Shown here: positions 9,208 to 18,121 of the stretch, piece by piece
Layout of the letters: every line of letters begins with the position of its first letter
How positions within the stretch are numbered: position 1 is the first letter of the stretch
Source of the DNA: an uncultured delta proteobacterium
Lineage (GTDB): Bacteria > Myxococcota_A > Polyangia > Polyangiales > Polyangiaceae
Direction: 5' to 3'
Assembly: GCA_963716725.1 (NCBI GenBank)
Contig: CAVQUB010000005.1
Span: forward strand, 480,001 to 544,000
DNA: 64,000 nucleotides
The notes under the pieces: model-generated
Told to the model about the DNA's origin: nothing
Database searches by the model: none
Seen by the model: the letters and a program-made list of their open reading frames with translations, nothing else
Translations under genes and position numbers: made by a program

Positions 9208-10464
9208 ATGAACGGGGTCAAACTCTGGGGAGTTCGAGGCGTTGGACTGATCGCGGCAATGGCCATCGGCCAAGCCTGTTCTGGGGACGGCGCGCCCGCA
9301 GAGCGCGGTTCTGCCGGTCAAGTGTCTTCGCCCGTGCAGGTCGCGAGCGGCGGCGGCTGCACCGTCGAGTGGGTGCGGCTCAACTACGACACGCCCGGTA
9401 CCGACAGCGGTGAGTTCCTCGAGCTTCGGGTCACTAATTCCGGCTCGGCGGCGACTACGCTGGGAGCTTGCGGACTCGCCAGCATTCGATTGGTCAGCGA
9501 TTCGGACTGCGGCACCTATCGGACCATCGCGCTATCAGCCGTCGCCATTCCGAACGACGGCATCATCGTGATCTGCGACTCGACCCAGATCACGGGCGGA
9601 GTGTGTGACGTGGACGTCAGCGCGGGCGCCACCGGCTGGATCCAGAACGGCGCCCCGGACCACCTCAGCTTCGTGGCGGGTGACGACAGCGTCACGCTCC
9701 ACGCCACCTACGAGGGTTCCGCCGCGGGGTGTCTGCCCGACGGCGGCGCGGTCCCAACGCTGCTCCTCCAGACGGAAGACAACGCCGCCCCCGACATGGT
9801 CAACACCTGGTGCGACAACAAGTGGATCCTCCAGGATGTCACGGACTCGGGACCCGGCACGCCGCTCAAGTGTCCGGTCGACGGCGGCGCCGACGCCGGG
9901 GACGAAGGCGGGGACGCCACGGCCGACGCGACCGCCGACGCCACGGCCGACGCGACCGCCGATGCCACGGCTGACGCGACCGCCGATGCCACGGCTGACG
10001 CGACCGCCGATGCCACGGCTGACGCGACCGCCGATGCCACGGCTGACGCGACCGCCGACGCCACGGCTGACGCCACGGCTGACGCCACGGCTGACGCGAC
10101 CGCCGACGCCACGAGCGACGCGACCGCGACGGGTGGGACCGGTGGCACGGCAGGTGCCGGCGGCACGGCTGGAGCCGGTGGTACGGCAGGCGCGGGTGGC
10201 GCATCGGGCGGCAGCGGCGGCGCGAGCAGCGGCGGCGCGAGCAGCGGCGGCGCGAGCTTCGGCGGCGCGAGCAGCGGCGGCGCGAGCTTCGGCGGTACCG
10301 GTGGCAAGTCGGACGCCGGCGTGGGCGGGTCGAAGTTTTCCGGTGGTGGCTCTGACGACGACGGTGGCTGTGGCTGCGCGCTGCCGGGCCGTCAGCCCGC
10401 GTCTCCGGGTGCGTTTGCGCTCCTGGCGCTCGGACTCGCGGCGCTCTCGCGTCGCCGACGCTGA
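9208..10464 (+). CDS. MYXO-CTERM surface protein with lamin-tail-like N-terminal domain and DATA repeats
   Basis: NYDTPGTDSGEFLEL and IQNGAPD motifs; C-terminal DDDGGCGC..hydrophobic..RRRR sorting signal. Confidence 0.85.
   Translation: MNGVKLWGVRGVGLIAAMAIGQACSGDGAPAERGSAGQVSSPVQVASGGGCTVEWVRLNYDTPGTDSGEFLELRVTNSGSAATTLGACGLASIRLVSDSDCGTYRTIALSAVAIPNDGIIVICDSTQITGGVCDVDVSAGATGWIQNGAPDHLSFVAGDDSVTLHATYEGSAAGCLPDGGAVPTLLLQTEDNAAPDMVNTWCDNKWILQDVTDSGPGTPLKCPVDGGADAGDEGGDATADATADATADATADATADATADATADATADATADATADATADATADATADATADATADATADATSDATATGGTGGTAGAGGTAGAGGTAGAGGASGGSGGASSGGASSGGASFGGASSGGASFGGTGGKSDAGVGGSKFSGGGSDDDGGCGCALPGRQPASPGAFALLALGLAALSRRRR
9913..10128 (+). repeat. Coding tandem repeat, 18 x 12 nt (Asp-Ala-Thr-Ala)
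   Basis: GA(C/T)GC(C/G)AC(C/G)GC(C/T) units varying mainly at wobble positions; one DATS variant. Confidence 0.9.
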
Positions 10465-10465
10465 G

Positions 10466-10585
10466 CTACCTCACACGAAAGATCGCGGCGCCCTTCGCGG
10501 GCAAACTCAGCTTGCCGCCAGCGGCGTCGTCCGCGCATCCCGAGAGCGCCAGGCACAGGCTCAGACCAGCGCCGAGGCGTCTCAT
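10466..10585 (-). CDS. 39-aa micro-lipoprotein or truncated lipoprotein remnant coupled to the A2M gene
   Basis: ATG overlaps the A2M stop (ATGA); MRRLGAGLSLCLALSG-C signal peptide followed by only 22 residues after the Cys. Confidence 0.45.
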   Translation of the reverse strand: MRRLGAGLSLCLALSGCADDAAGGKLSLPAKGAAIFRVR

Positions 10586-13500
10586 TCGACGATCACTCGA
10601 TCGCCGGCGCCGCGCCCGAAGGTCTCGGGGTCGTACATTTCTTCGACCTTCGGCGGTGGCACCACGAACTCTCCGGGCGTCGTGGCTCGCGCGACGTAGG
10701 TGTAGTCGTAGACGCCCGAGTAGAGCAGCGAAGCGAAGGCCTCCACGCGTTCGTCCCGCATGTTCTGGTGTTCGTACCAGGCGCGGCTCCACCACCACGG
10801 CGTCTTCGATTTGCCCTCCTCGGCCTTGGCGTCCACGGGGATCGTGCCGGTGGTGGCCAAGGCCGGATTCAGGGGCTCGAGGCCAGCTGGCAAGGGATCG
10901 ACCAGCGCGACGTGATAGCGCCGCCCCGGCGCGACCATGGCCAGGCGCACGCGCACCAGGGACCCGGCTTTGACGCGCCATGTGCCGTCCGGATCGCGAC
11001 GCACGTCTTCGGGCTTCTCCGCGCCCTCGTAGAGTCGGCTCACCGAGAAGCCGTGCTCGGCGGGCGGTGGCCGAAGGTCCCGTGGTGCGTACTGCATCCC
11101 GAGGCGGTAGTAGAGGCGTCCATCGCCTTCTTTGGCGAGCACCAGAGCCGCGGGCTGCGGCAGCTCAGCGAGCATGGCCAGGGGAATGTCCACGTGCTTG
11201 CGATCGGTGGTGCGACCTTGAAACCGGTGCTCACTGGCGAGGCGAGTGCCGAGCCACGAACGCGCCGTGAAGTTCGGCGTCACCTTCTCGTAGGTCGTGA
11301 AATAGCGGTGCAGCGCGAGCAGCACGAACGCGTTCTCTTGAGTCGAGAGCCAACGCCCGCGCTTCTTGTGGGCGAGCAGACCCGACACGACCTTCGGGAT
11401 CACGTCGCTGTCCGGGCGGTCTTCGATCAACGCCTCGAGCAAGATGGAGTCGCTCCTCCGGCTCGATGCCAAGAGCACATGCTCGTCGCTCTCGTCGAAC
11501 TTCGTGACGAAGTGCGCCTTGCCCGCGGTCTCACTGGTCCGGTTGTCGACGTGGCGACGGATCTGTTCGACCTGGGCCGCCGATGCCCCGTCTTTGCTCA
11601 GAACCGGCAAGAGCCAGCCGAGGGCGTCCAGCGGCAGCTTTTCGACCCCGCCCGCCTCCGTGATCAGCGCGCGCGCTCGGGCGGGATCCCCATCCTTCGC
11701 CAGCCACCGCACGTTCAGAGCGTAAGCCTCGATCACGCGTCGTGCGTCCGGTGGATACCAGTTCGGGAAGTAGTTGCGGATCGTTCGGAGGAAGCTCAGC
11801 GCAGAGCCGCGCATCTCCTGAGGGAGCGAGTAGCCGGCCTTCTCTGCGCGGATCAGGGCGTGCGTCACATGAACGCTCACGTAGGGTACGGGCGCTCGAT
11901 CGCGCCGCCAGTAGTCCCAGCCGCCGGTGTAGCTCTGGCGGGTCTTGAGCTTCTCGATGTCGGCCTTCACCGTGGCGTTGAGCGCCTTGGGCGACGGCAG
12001 CCCCTCGGCGTTGAAGGCTTCGAGCACGTCGCGCAGAGCCGCGATCGACAGAATGCGCGACGAGATCTGCTCGTTGCACTCGAAGGGATATCGCACCAGG
12101 TAGAGCAGCGCGTCCGTCAGACCCTGGAGCGCTGTCGAAGAGGTCGTGATCTCGACGTTGCCGAATTCCTTGAAGACACCGCTCGGCAGCTTCACCGGCT
12201 GCGAGATGGCGCCTTGGTCGATCTGGCCGTAAGTCGCGAAGGCCTCGGTGGTCGCCGGCGTCCAGACCGGGAGCTCGATCTCGGAGGCGTCGTCTCCGGC
12301 GGCAGACACCGCCCCGACCTGCAGGCGCGCGCTGCCCGCGGACATGGCCGCCGCCGGGAACCTGACCTCCACGCGATCGTTGGCGGGCACGCTCACCCGC
12401 AGCGCGTTCGGTCCGGTCACCTTCAGGTTGTCCGCTCGAAACGCGACATCGACGCTGAGCGGGGTCGCGGTTTGGTTCTGCAGGACCACCGGTAGCGTGA
12501 AGCGATCGCCGAAGTTCAGGAAACGCGGAGCCGAAGGTCGGACCATCAGAGGCAGGCGTGCGGTGACCGCGCCTTCGCCGGATCCGAAGCGGTTCTCGCC
12601 GGAGGCGACCACCGCCATGATCCGGTACCGCGTCAGATTGTCGGGCAGCTTCACGGTGGCTTCCGCCCGCCCGCGAGCGTCGGTCACGAGCTTCGGCACG
12701 AACGCCGCCAGCGAGCCGAAGTCGGTGCGCATCGCGATGGGTTTGGGCTTGCCTTCCTTGCTTTTGTCGGCCCGTCGTTCCACCACGGATCCGGGCGGCG
12801 CTGGCGGCGGCGGCGGAGCCGTCATGGCGCGCCGCGTCGCTCCGGGCTTGGCGGCGGCGTAGCGGCCGCTTACGACCGAGGGGCTAAGCCCGCCCCCGCT
12901 CTTGAAAGGCATGTCCGGCGCGAAGCGCCCGTTCTGCTTCTTCGACTTCGCCTCGAGGTGATGCCGCGCCGTGTCCGGTCGCATCAACGCCACGTTGAGC
13001 CGGGTCTCGTAGTCCCGCACGCCAGCCCCGCGGGTCGGGTAAAAGACCTCGAGTGGATCCGGCAGGTCGTAGCCTGCGAGGGCGAGCACGCTCTCGTCCA
13101 CCGCAACCATGGCGAGGGAAGCGCCGCTGACCGGGTGTCCGCTGGAGTCGCTCACCTGGAGTGCAACGCGGGTCTTGCCGCCCGGCGAGAGTTCCTTCTT
13201 CTCGGGTGTGATGCGCACGCTGAGCGAGCGATCCTTCGGCGGGATCTTCAGCGTCGCGGCGCCCGACGCAAAGGCGGGTCGCTTGGGCAAGCTGAGGTCG
13301 GGCTCTCCTCGCTCGTTGTCCCGCGCAACAGCGCCCACGATATCCAGCTCAACCGTCACGTTGGGCAGCCACCGGTCCGAGAGCGGCAGCTTGATCGTGG
13401 ACGAGCGCCGCTCGAGGCGCACGCGTTCAATCTTGACCAGGCCATCCCGACGCACCGTGAGCAGACCTTCGGCCGGAGCAAAGGGGGCGACCACCAGGAT

Positions 13501-16500
13501 CTCCGCGGTGTCCGTCGGGCGATACTCGCGCTTGCCCGGCACCAGCTGCACCTTGGACCCGCGCAGCGTGGGGTTTTCGGGCGGGTCCTCCCCGAGCACC
13601 CACAGCTCGATCTGGGTCTGACTCGGCCGACCGTGAACGTCGGTCACCGTAGCCGTCACCCGGTGCAGGCCGCCGGCTCGCGTCGCCAGGATGCAGGTCA
13701 CTGACTCGGTCGTGCTGGTGACGGAGCAGGTCTCTGCCGGGCCGATGTCCTCTTCCGAGGTCGAGCCGTGCCAACGGGTAGTGACCCGTTCGAGCTTCAC
13801 GCCCACGGGCCGTCCAGCAATCGCGGTGCCGTCCAGATCGGTGACGATCATGTCGAGGTTCAAGCTCTTGCCCGCGGCGAGCACGGTGCTCTCCTCGCGC
13901 AACCCGACCGTGACGTTCGCGGGATGCACCAGCATGGTGGAGCGCGCCGTCCAGCTCTGTCGATTCACGTCCGTCACCGACGCTTCGAGATCGAGCTGCC
14001 GCGCGTACGCGGGTTCCAAGCCGTCGAAATCGACTCTGAGGCGATGTTGGCCGGCGGCGTCGGTCTTGGCTTTCCATTCCTCCCGCGCCGGGCGGTCTTT
14101 TTCGGACCGGCTCCACCACGACCAACGATTCGGCTTCCCGAAGTGGTAGCCCGCGCGGTTCGGCGGTACGAAGCTCGCGTCGGCGGCGCTCACGTTCCAC
14201 TCGACCTCCGCGTCGGGCAGTCCGCCGCCGGCAAAGTAGCTCGCGGACACCGTCCCGATCGCGTGCTTGCCGACGTAGTGCGGGCCTTCGGTGGATTGCG
14301 CCGTGACCTCGAACTCCGGCTTGCGGAACTCCTGCACCTGGAACGGGTGCCGGTGGCTCTCCCCATGGAATTGTCGAGCCTCGTCGAGTTCCAGCGCGAT
14401 GTGCGCGTTCCCGAGGTTGGCGGCCTTCGGAATGTCGAAGGCGAGGTGGAAGCCGCCGTCGGAGTCGACCGAGGTGCTGCCTTTCGCGATCTCGTTGCCC
14501 ATGGGTTCGTAGACTTCGAAGGTGACGCGGGTGGCGCTGCCCGCGGGCAGGCGCGTCACGTCACCGCTCTTGCCGGCTCCGGCAAGCCGCACGAAGCCCT
14601 TGGCGTTGACCCGCTCCCCGGGTTTGTACAGGTTGCGATCGTCGAACACGAACCAACGGACCCGATCGCTGATGGGTTGCGCGACGAAGGAACCGCCTCC
14701 GAGCCACACCAAATCGTCCGCCTGACGTCCGACCAATTGAGCCCCCTCGTTGACGAGCGTGAGGGTGGCGAGGCCATCAGTGCCGGTCTTCTGGCGACTG
14801 CCGCGCGGCTCGACCGTGACGTCGACGCCCGGCAGCGGTGTGCCGTCCGCGAGACGCGTGGCAAACACGTGTCCCGAGTCCGAGTCCGTGAACGCCGTCA
14901 GGCCGATCTTGGTGACCTGGAGCCAGACGCGAACCCACTGCCTCGAGCGGTAACCCCAACGATCGGGTGGCGGATGCGTTGGCGGCTCGACGATGGCGAG
15001 CACCTGTCCGACGCCGTTCTTCAGCGCCGGCGAGAGGTCGACGGAGGTTTCGGTGAGATCGTCGGCAACGCCCTTGACCTCCACCGTGCGATTCGAGATC
15101 AGCCGACCCGGTGGCGTTCCCAGCTTGCCTTCCCAATCCCAGTCCCGGCGCCATTTCTGGTAGCTCTCGAACTCGCTGGGGGTCACGGCGTAGAGCCGCA
15201 CCTTGAGGCGCGGGCGGTTGATGCTGAACACGCCGAGCTTGGGTCCGAAGCCCGGGTCGAGCACCACCATCTCGTCCTGCTCGGCGAAGAGGTACGGCTC
15301 CGCGGAGTCCACCTGGATCTCGAGCGTCGCCGCGGAGCCGAGGGTCTGACCAAACTGGTCTCCGAGCTCCGGGCCCACCGTGACTTGGTACTTGGTGCGC
15401 CCCTTGCTGCGCCCGCGGATCGCGATGTCGCTCCCGGATTGCTCGACGCGCATCTCGGGCAAGTTCGGAGCGACGCTGATCAACCGCTTGTCGAAGGTCT
15501 TGGGGTCGAGCGGGTTGGTGAAGCGCACCGACCATGCAGCGAGCGGCGGGCAGTGTTCGTCCCAACCGCAACTGATCCGCTCGGCCTTGAGGGGGCCGAA
15601 GGTGCGGAAGTTGAAGGACTGATCCTTCGCGGTGAGCCGTTTGCCTTCCGCGCTCGGCGTGCCGGCCTTGAAGACGGCGTGCAGCTGCGTGTTCTTGGGC
15701 AGCGGGCTCAGGGGCTTGAGGGCAATGAAGCGGTCTTTCTTGGCGCGATCCCGGGCCGAGCGAGCGTCCTGCGACCGCTCGATCTCGTCCTCGTGGGCCA
15801 GCCTCACCGGAAACGAAGCTTGCCCAGCCCGCAGCGCAAAAGCGGCGAGCACCGCGTTCCGGTCGATGCGCTGGTCGAAGGTGGCAAACATCATCGGCTC
15901 GAGCTCCGACGGATCACCCCAAGGTCGCGGGGAGAAGCTCTGAACGTCCACGGTCGGAGTGGCGAAGCGCCAGCTCTTGGCCTGCGCGAAGGCTTGTCCG
16001 TTTGCTGAGCGTGTCCCCGCCGGGACCTCGACCTGATACTCCGTGGCCATCGGGAGGCGCTCGTCGCTGGGATCGAAGACCAGCGTTTGCGTTCCGACCC
16101 AACGCCAGCGCCCGGGTGGTTCGGGCACGAGGCGCACCGGCACGCCCTTCTTGGCGAGATCGTCGTGCGAGGTCAGCTCGACCATGGGCTCCGAGAAGGT
16201 CACGCTCAAGCTCGGCGCCATGCTCACTTCGCCTTCCGGTTGGAAGCGCGTGACTTCGACCGGACCCTTGGCGGTCGGGGTCGCCGGCGGCGGCGCGCCG
16301 CGTGGTGGGAAGTCCGTCTTGACGGTCTCGCCGGGGCGCGGCGGCGCCATGGACTTCTCCCGCAGCGCGAAGGCCTTCTTCTCCGCCGCGACCTTGAAGG
16401 GCGGCAGTCTCGCCATCAGGCGGTCCGCATCCGCGCCGGTCAGCGGAGACGCTGGTGCGGACTTGGCGCGCGAAGGGCGTTCGGGATCGGCGTCACTCAG

Positions 16501-16665
16501 GCGAAAGCCGAGGCCAGACTTCGAGACGCGCCACACCACCTTCTCTTCGGCCAGCGCAGTCGGTGGTTCGGCCTTCTTCACGGGCGCCACCGGCGGCGGC
16601 GTTCCCGGACAGGCGGCGGCCAAGAGCGCGAGCAACACGACCAGCGGTGCGGGTGAGCGTTTCAT
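10582..16665 (-). CDS. Bacterial alpha-2-macroglobulin family lipoprotein
   Basis: 2027 aa; lipobox LAAA-C; DRNLYKPGE, QEFRKPEF, KLPDNLTRYR, thioester YPFECNEQ, W..TQEN, C-terminal EEMYDPE. Confidence 0.93.
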   Translation of the reverse strand: MKRSPAPLVVLLALLAAACPGTPPPVAPVKKAEPPTALAEEKVVWRVSKSGLGFRLSDADPERPSRAKSAPASPLTGADADRLMARLPPFKVAAEKKAFALREKSMAPPRPGETVKTDFPPRGAPPPATPTAKGPVEVTRFQPEGEVSMAPSLSVTFSEPMVELTSHDDLAKKGVPVRLVPEPPGRWRWVGTQTLVFDPSDERLPMATEYQVEVPAGTRSANGQAFAQAKSWRFATPTVDVQSFSPRPWGDPSELEPMMFATFDQRIDRNAVLAAFALRAGQASFPVRLAHEDEIERSQDARSARDRAKKDRFIALKPLSPLPKNTQLHAVFKAGTPSAEGKRLTAKDQSFNFRTFGPLKAERISCGWDEHCPPLAAWSVRFTNPLDPKTFDKRLISVAPNLPEMRVEQSGSDIAIRGRSKGRTKYQVTVGPELGDQFGQTLGSAATLEIQVDSAEPYLFAEQDEMVVLDPGFGPKLGVFSINRPRLKVRLYAVTPSEFESYQKWRRDWDWEGKLGTPPGRLISNRTVEVKGVADDLTETSVDLSPALKNGVGQVLAIVEPPTHPPPDRWGYRSRQWVRVWLQVTKIGLTAFTDSDSGHVFATRLADGTPLPGVDVTVEPRGSRQKTGTDGLATLTLVNEGAQLVGRQADDLVWLGGGSFVAQPISDRVRWFVFDDRNLYKPGERVNAKGFVRLAGAGKSGDVTRLPAGSATRVTFEVYEPMGNEIAKGSTSVDSDGGFHLAFDIPKAANLGNAHIALELDEARQFHGESHRHPFQVQEFRKPEFEVTAQSTEGPHYVGKHAIGTVSASYFAGGGLPDAEVEWNVSAADASFVPPNRAGYHFGKPNRWSWWSRSEKDRPAREEWKAKTDAAGQHRLRVDFDGLEPAYARQLDLEASVTDVNRQSWTARSTMLVHPANVTVGLREESTVLAAGKSLNLDMIVTDLDGTAIAGRPVGVKLERVTTRWHGSTSEEDIGPAETCSVTSTTESVTCILATRAGGLHRVTATVTDVHGRPSQTQIELWVLGEDPPENPTLRGSKVQLVPGKREYRPTDTAEILVVAPFAPAEGLLTVRRDGLVKIERVRLERRSSTIKLPLSDRWLPNVTVELDIVGAVARDNERGEPDLSLPKRPAFASGAATLKIPPKDRSLSVRITPEKKELSPGGKTRVALQVSDSSGHPVSGASLAMVAVDESVLALAGYDLPDPLEVFYPTRGAGVRDYETRLNVALMRPDTARHHLEAKSKKQNGRFAPDMPFKSGGGLSPSVVSGRYAAAKPGATRRAMTAPPPPPAPPGSVVERRADKSKEGKPKPIAMRTDFGSLAAFVPKLVTDARGRAEATVKLPDNLTRYRIMAVVASGENRFGSGEGAVTARLPLMVRPSAPRFLNFGDRFTLPVVLQNQTATPLSVDVAFRADNLKVTGPNALRVSVPANDRVEVRFPAAAMSAGSARLQVGAVSAAGDDASEIELPVWTPATTEAFATYGQIDQGAISQPVKLPSGVFKEFGNVEITTSSTALQGLTDALLYLVRYPFECNEQISSRILSIAALRDVLEAFNAEGLPSPKALNATVKADIEKLKTRQSYTGGWDYWRRDRAPVPYVSVHVTHALIRAEKAGYSLPQEMRGSALSFLRTIRNYFPNWYPPDARRVIEAYALNVRWLAKDGDPARARALITEAGGVEKLPLDALGWLLPVLSKDGASAAQVEQIRRHVDNRTSETAGKAHFVTKFDESDEHVLLASSRRSDSILLEALIEDRPDSDVIPKVVSGLLAHKKRGRWLSTQENAFVLLALHRYFTTYEKVTPNFTARSWLGTRLASEHRFQGRTTDRKHVDIPLAMLAELPQPAALVLAKEGDGRLYYRLGMQYAPRDLRPPPAEHGFSVSRLYEGAEKPEDVRRDPDGTWRVKAGSLVRVRLAMVAPGRRYHVALVDPLPAGLEPLNPALATTGTIPVDAKAEEGKSKTPWWWSRAWYEHQNMRDERVEAFASLLYSGVYDYTYVARATTPGEFVVPPPKVEEMYDPETFGRGAGDRVIVE

Positions 16666-16692
16666 CGGGGTCCCTCTCGGTGGCCACGGATG

Positions 16693-16965
16693 CTACCGCG
16701 TGCGCGCCCCGAGTCGCTTGGCGATCGAAAGGGCGAAGAAAACCAGGTTGGCGATCGACGCCGCGGCACCGCCGACCACCCCGACCCCGAGCACGAGGAG
16801 ACCCAAAGTTCGAAGCATTGCGCTCGACTCCGAGATCCCCACCACCAGGCAGACGACGCCCGCGACGCCCGCGACTCCCCCAGCCGCCACCCCGAGACAA
16901 CTCAGGCGCGTGAGCTGGCGGTAGCGTGCGGCTTCCGCCTCGGCGGGGGTCGGGGCAGGTTGCAC
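16693..16965 (-). CDS. Small two-TM membrane protein
   Basis: Two hydrophobic Gly/Val-rich helices in ORF 16693..17118; the GTG start at 16965 is a guess. Confidence 0.5.
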   Translation of the reverse strand: MQPAPTPAEAEAARYRQLTRLSCLGVAAGGVAGVAGVVCLVVGISESSAMLRTLGLLVLGVGVVGGAAASIANLVFFALSIAKRLGARTR

Positions 16966-17110
16966 GGCGGTCCAGGCTGTGTACCGCACAAAACCTGCGT
17001 GAGCTTGAAGGGTCGCTGGCCTTGCTGCTAAATGGCCCTCCCCGCGTCGGGAATATGACGTTACGTACGCTTCATGCGTTGCCGGGCCGCGCCCGGCCAG
17101 CGAGCGATCT

Positions 17111-18121
17111 GTGCCCACCGAGTTGTTGAAGAACCCCTTCGTTCACGGCGCCGTCTACGGCGTCTTGATCGTCACCGTGCTGATGACCATCACGGCGTGG
17201 AGCATCTGGTTCGAGCGCAAGTTCGCCGGTCGCATGCAGAGTCGCGTCGGGCCCACGCTGGTCGGCCCCTTTGGTTTGCTGCAGCCCCTCGCCGACGCGG
17301 TGAAGCTCCTCCAGAAAGAGGACATCGTCCCGGCCGCCGCTGACCGCACGCTCTTCAATCTGGCGCCGCCGCTGACGGTTCTCTTCGCGCTGGCCACCGC
17401 GGCCGTGATCCCGTTTGGCCCCGAGGTGATCGCTGCGGATCTCGACATCGGTGTGCTCTGGGTTCTCGCGATGGGCGGGCTCACGGTGTTCCCGGTTTGG
17501 ATCGCGGGCTGGGCCAGCAACAACAAGTACGCGCTGCTGGGCGGGATGCGCGCGGTCGCCCAGGGTATCTCCTACGAGATCCCGCTCGTGCTCGCCGCGC
17601 TCGTGCCGGTCACCCTCGCCGGATCGATGAGCATTTCGGACATTGTGCGCTACCAAGAGCAGCACGGCTGGATCGTGGGCTTCCCGCCGGGCCCGGGCTT
17701 GATCGCTTTTCTGATCTTCTTCATGGCATCGCTGGCGGAGGCCAACCGCATCCCATTCGACATCCCCGAGGCCGAGAGCGAGCTCATCGCAGGTGTGACG
17801 ACCGAGTACACTGGAATGAAGTTCGGGCTGTTCTACTTGGCCGAGTACCTGCACACGTTGATCGTGAGCGCGCTCGGCGCCGCGCTCTTCTTTGGCGGCT
17901 GGGCGGGCCCGATGGGACTCGCGCCCGGGCTCCACTGGATGGTGATCAAGTCGCTGCTGCTGTTCTTCGTGGTTTTTTGGGTGCGCTGGACGTTCCTGCG
18001 CTTCCGTGCCGATCAGCTGATGAGCTTGTGCTGGAAGTACCTGGTCCCGGCGGGCCTCGTGCTGGTCATGCTCGCCGCCTTCTGGGTTCACTACGGCGTC
18101 GGCAAAGCGGGAACGAACTGA
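17111..18121 (+). CDS. nuoH: NADH-quinone oxidoreductase subunit H
   Basis: ERKFAGRMQSRVGP, GLLQPLADAVKLLQKE, GWASNNKY and RIPFDIPEAESEL motifs. Confidence 0.96.
   Translation: MPTELLKNPFVHGAVYGVLIVTVLMTITAWSIWFERKFAGRMQSRVGPTLVGPFGLLQPLADAVKLLQKEDIVPAAADRTLFNLAPPLTVLFALATAAVIPFGPEVIAADLDIGVLWVLAMGGLTVFPVWIAGWASNNKYALLGGMRAVAQGISYEIPLVLAALVPVTLAGSMSISDIVRYQEQHGWIVGFPPGPGLIAFLIFFMASLAEANRIPFDIPEAESELIAGVTTEYTGMKFGLFYLAEYLHTLIVSALGAALFFGGWAGPMGLAPGLHWMVIKSLLLFFVVFWVRWTFLRFRADQLMSLCWKYLVPAGLVLVMLAAFWVHYGVGKAGTN

Noticed and set aside
6282..17064. Shared TGA(T/C)GT(C/T)AC motif upstream of nuoA (about 6282) and nuoH (about 17056)
   Set aside because: Only two 9-nt instances with two mismatches, too weak to call.
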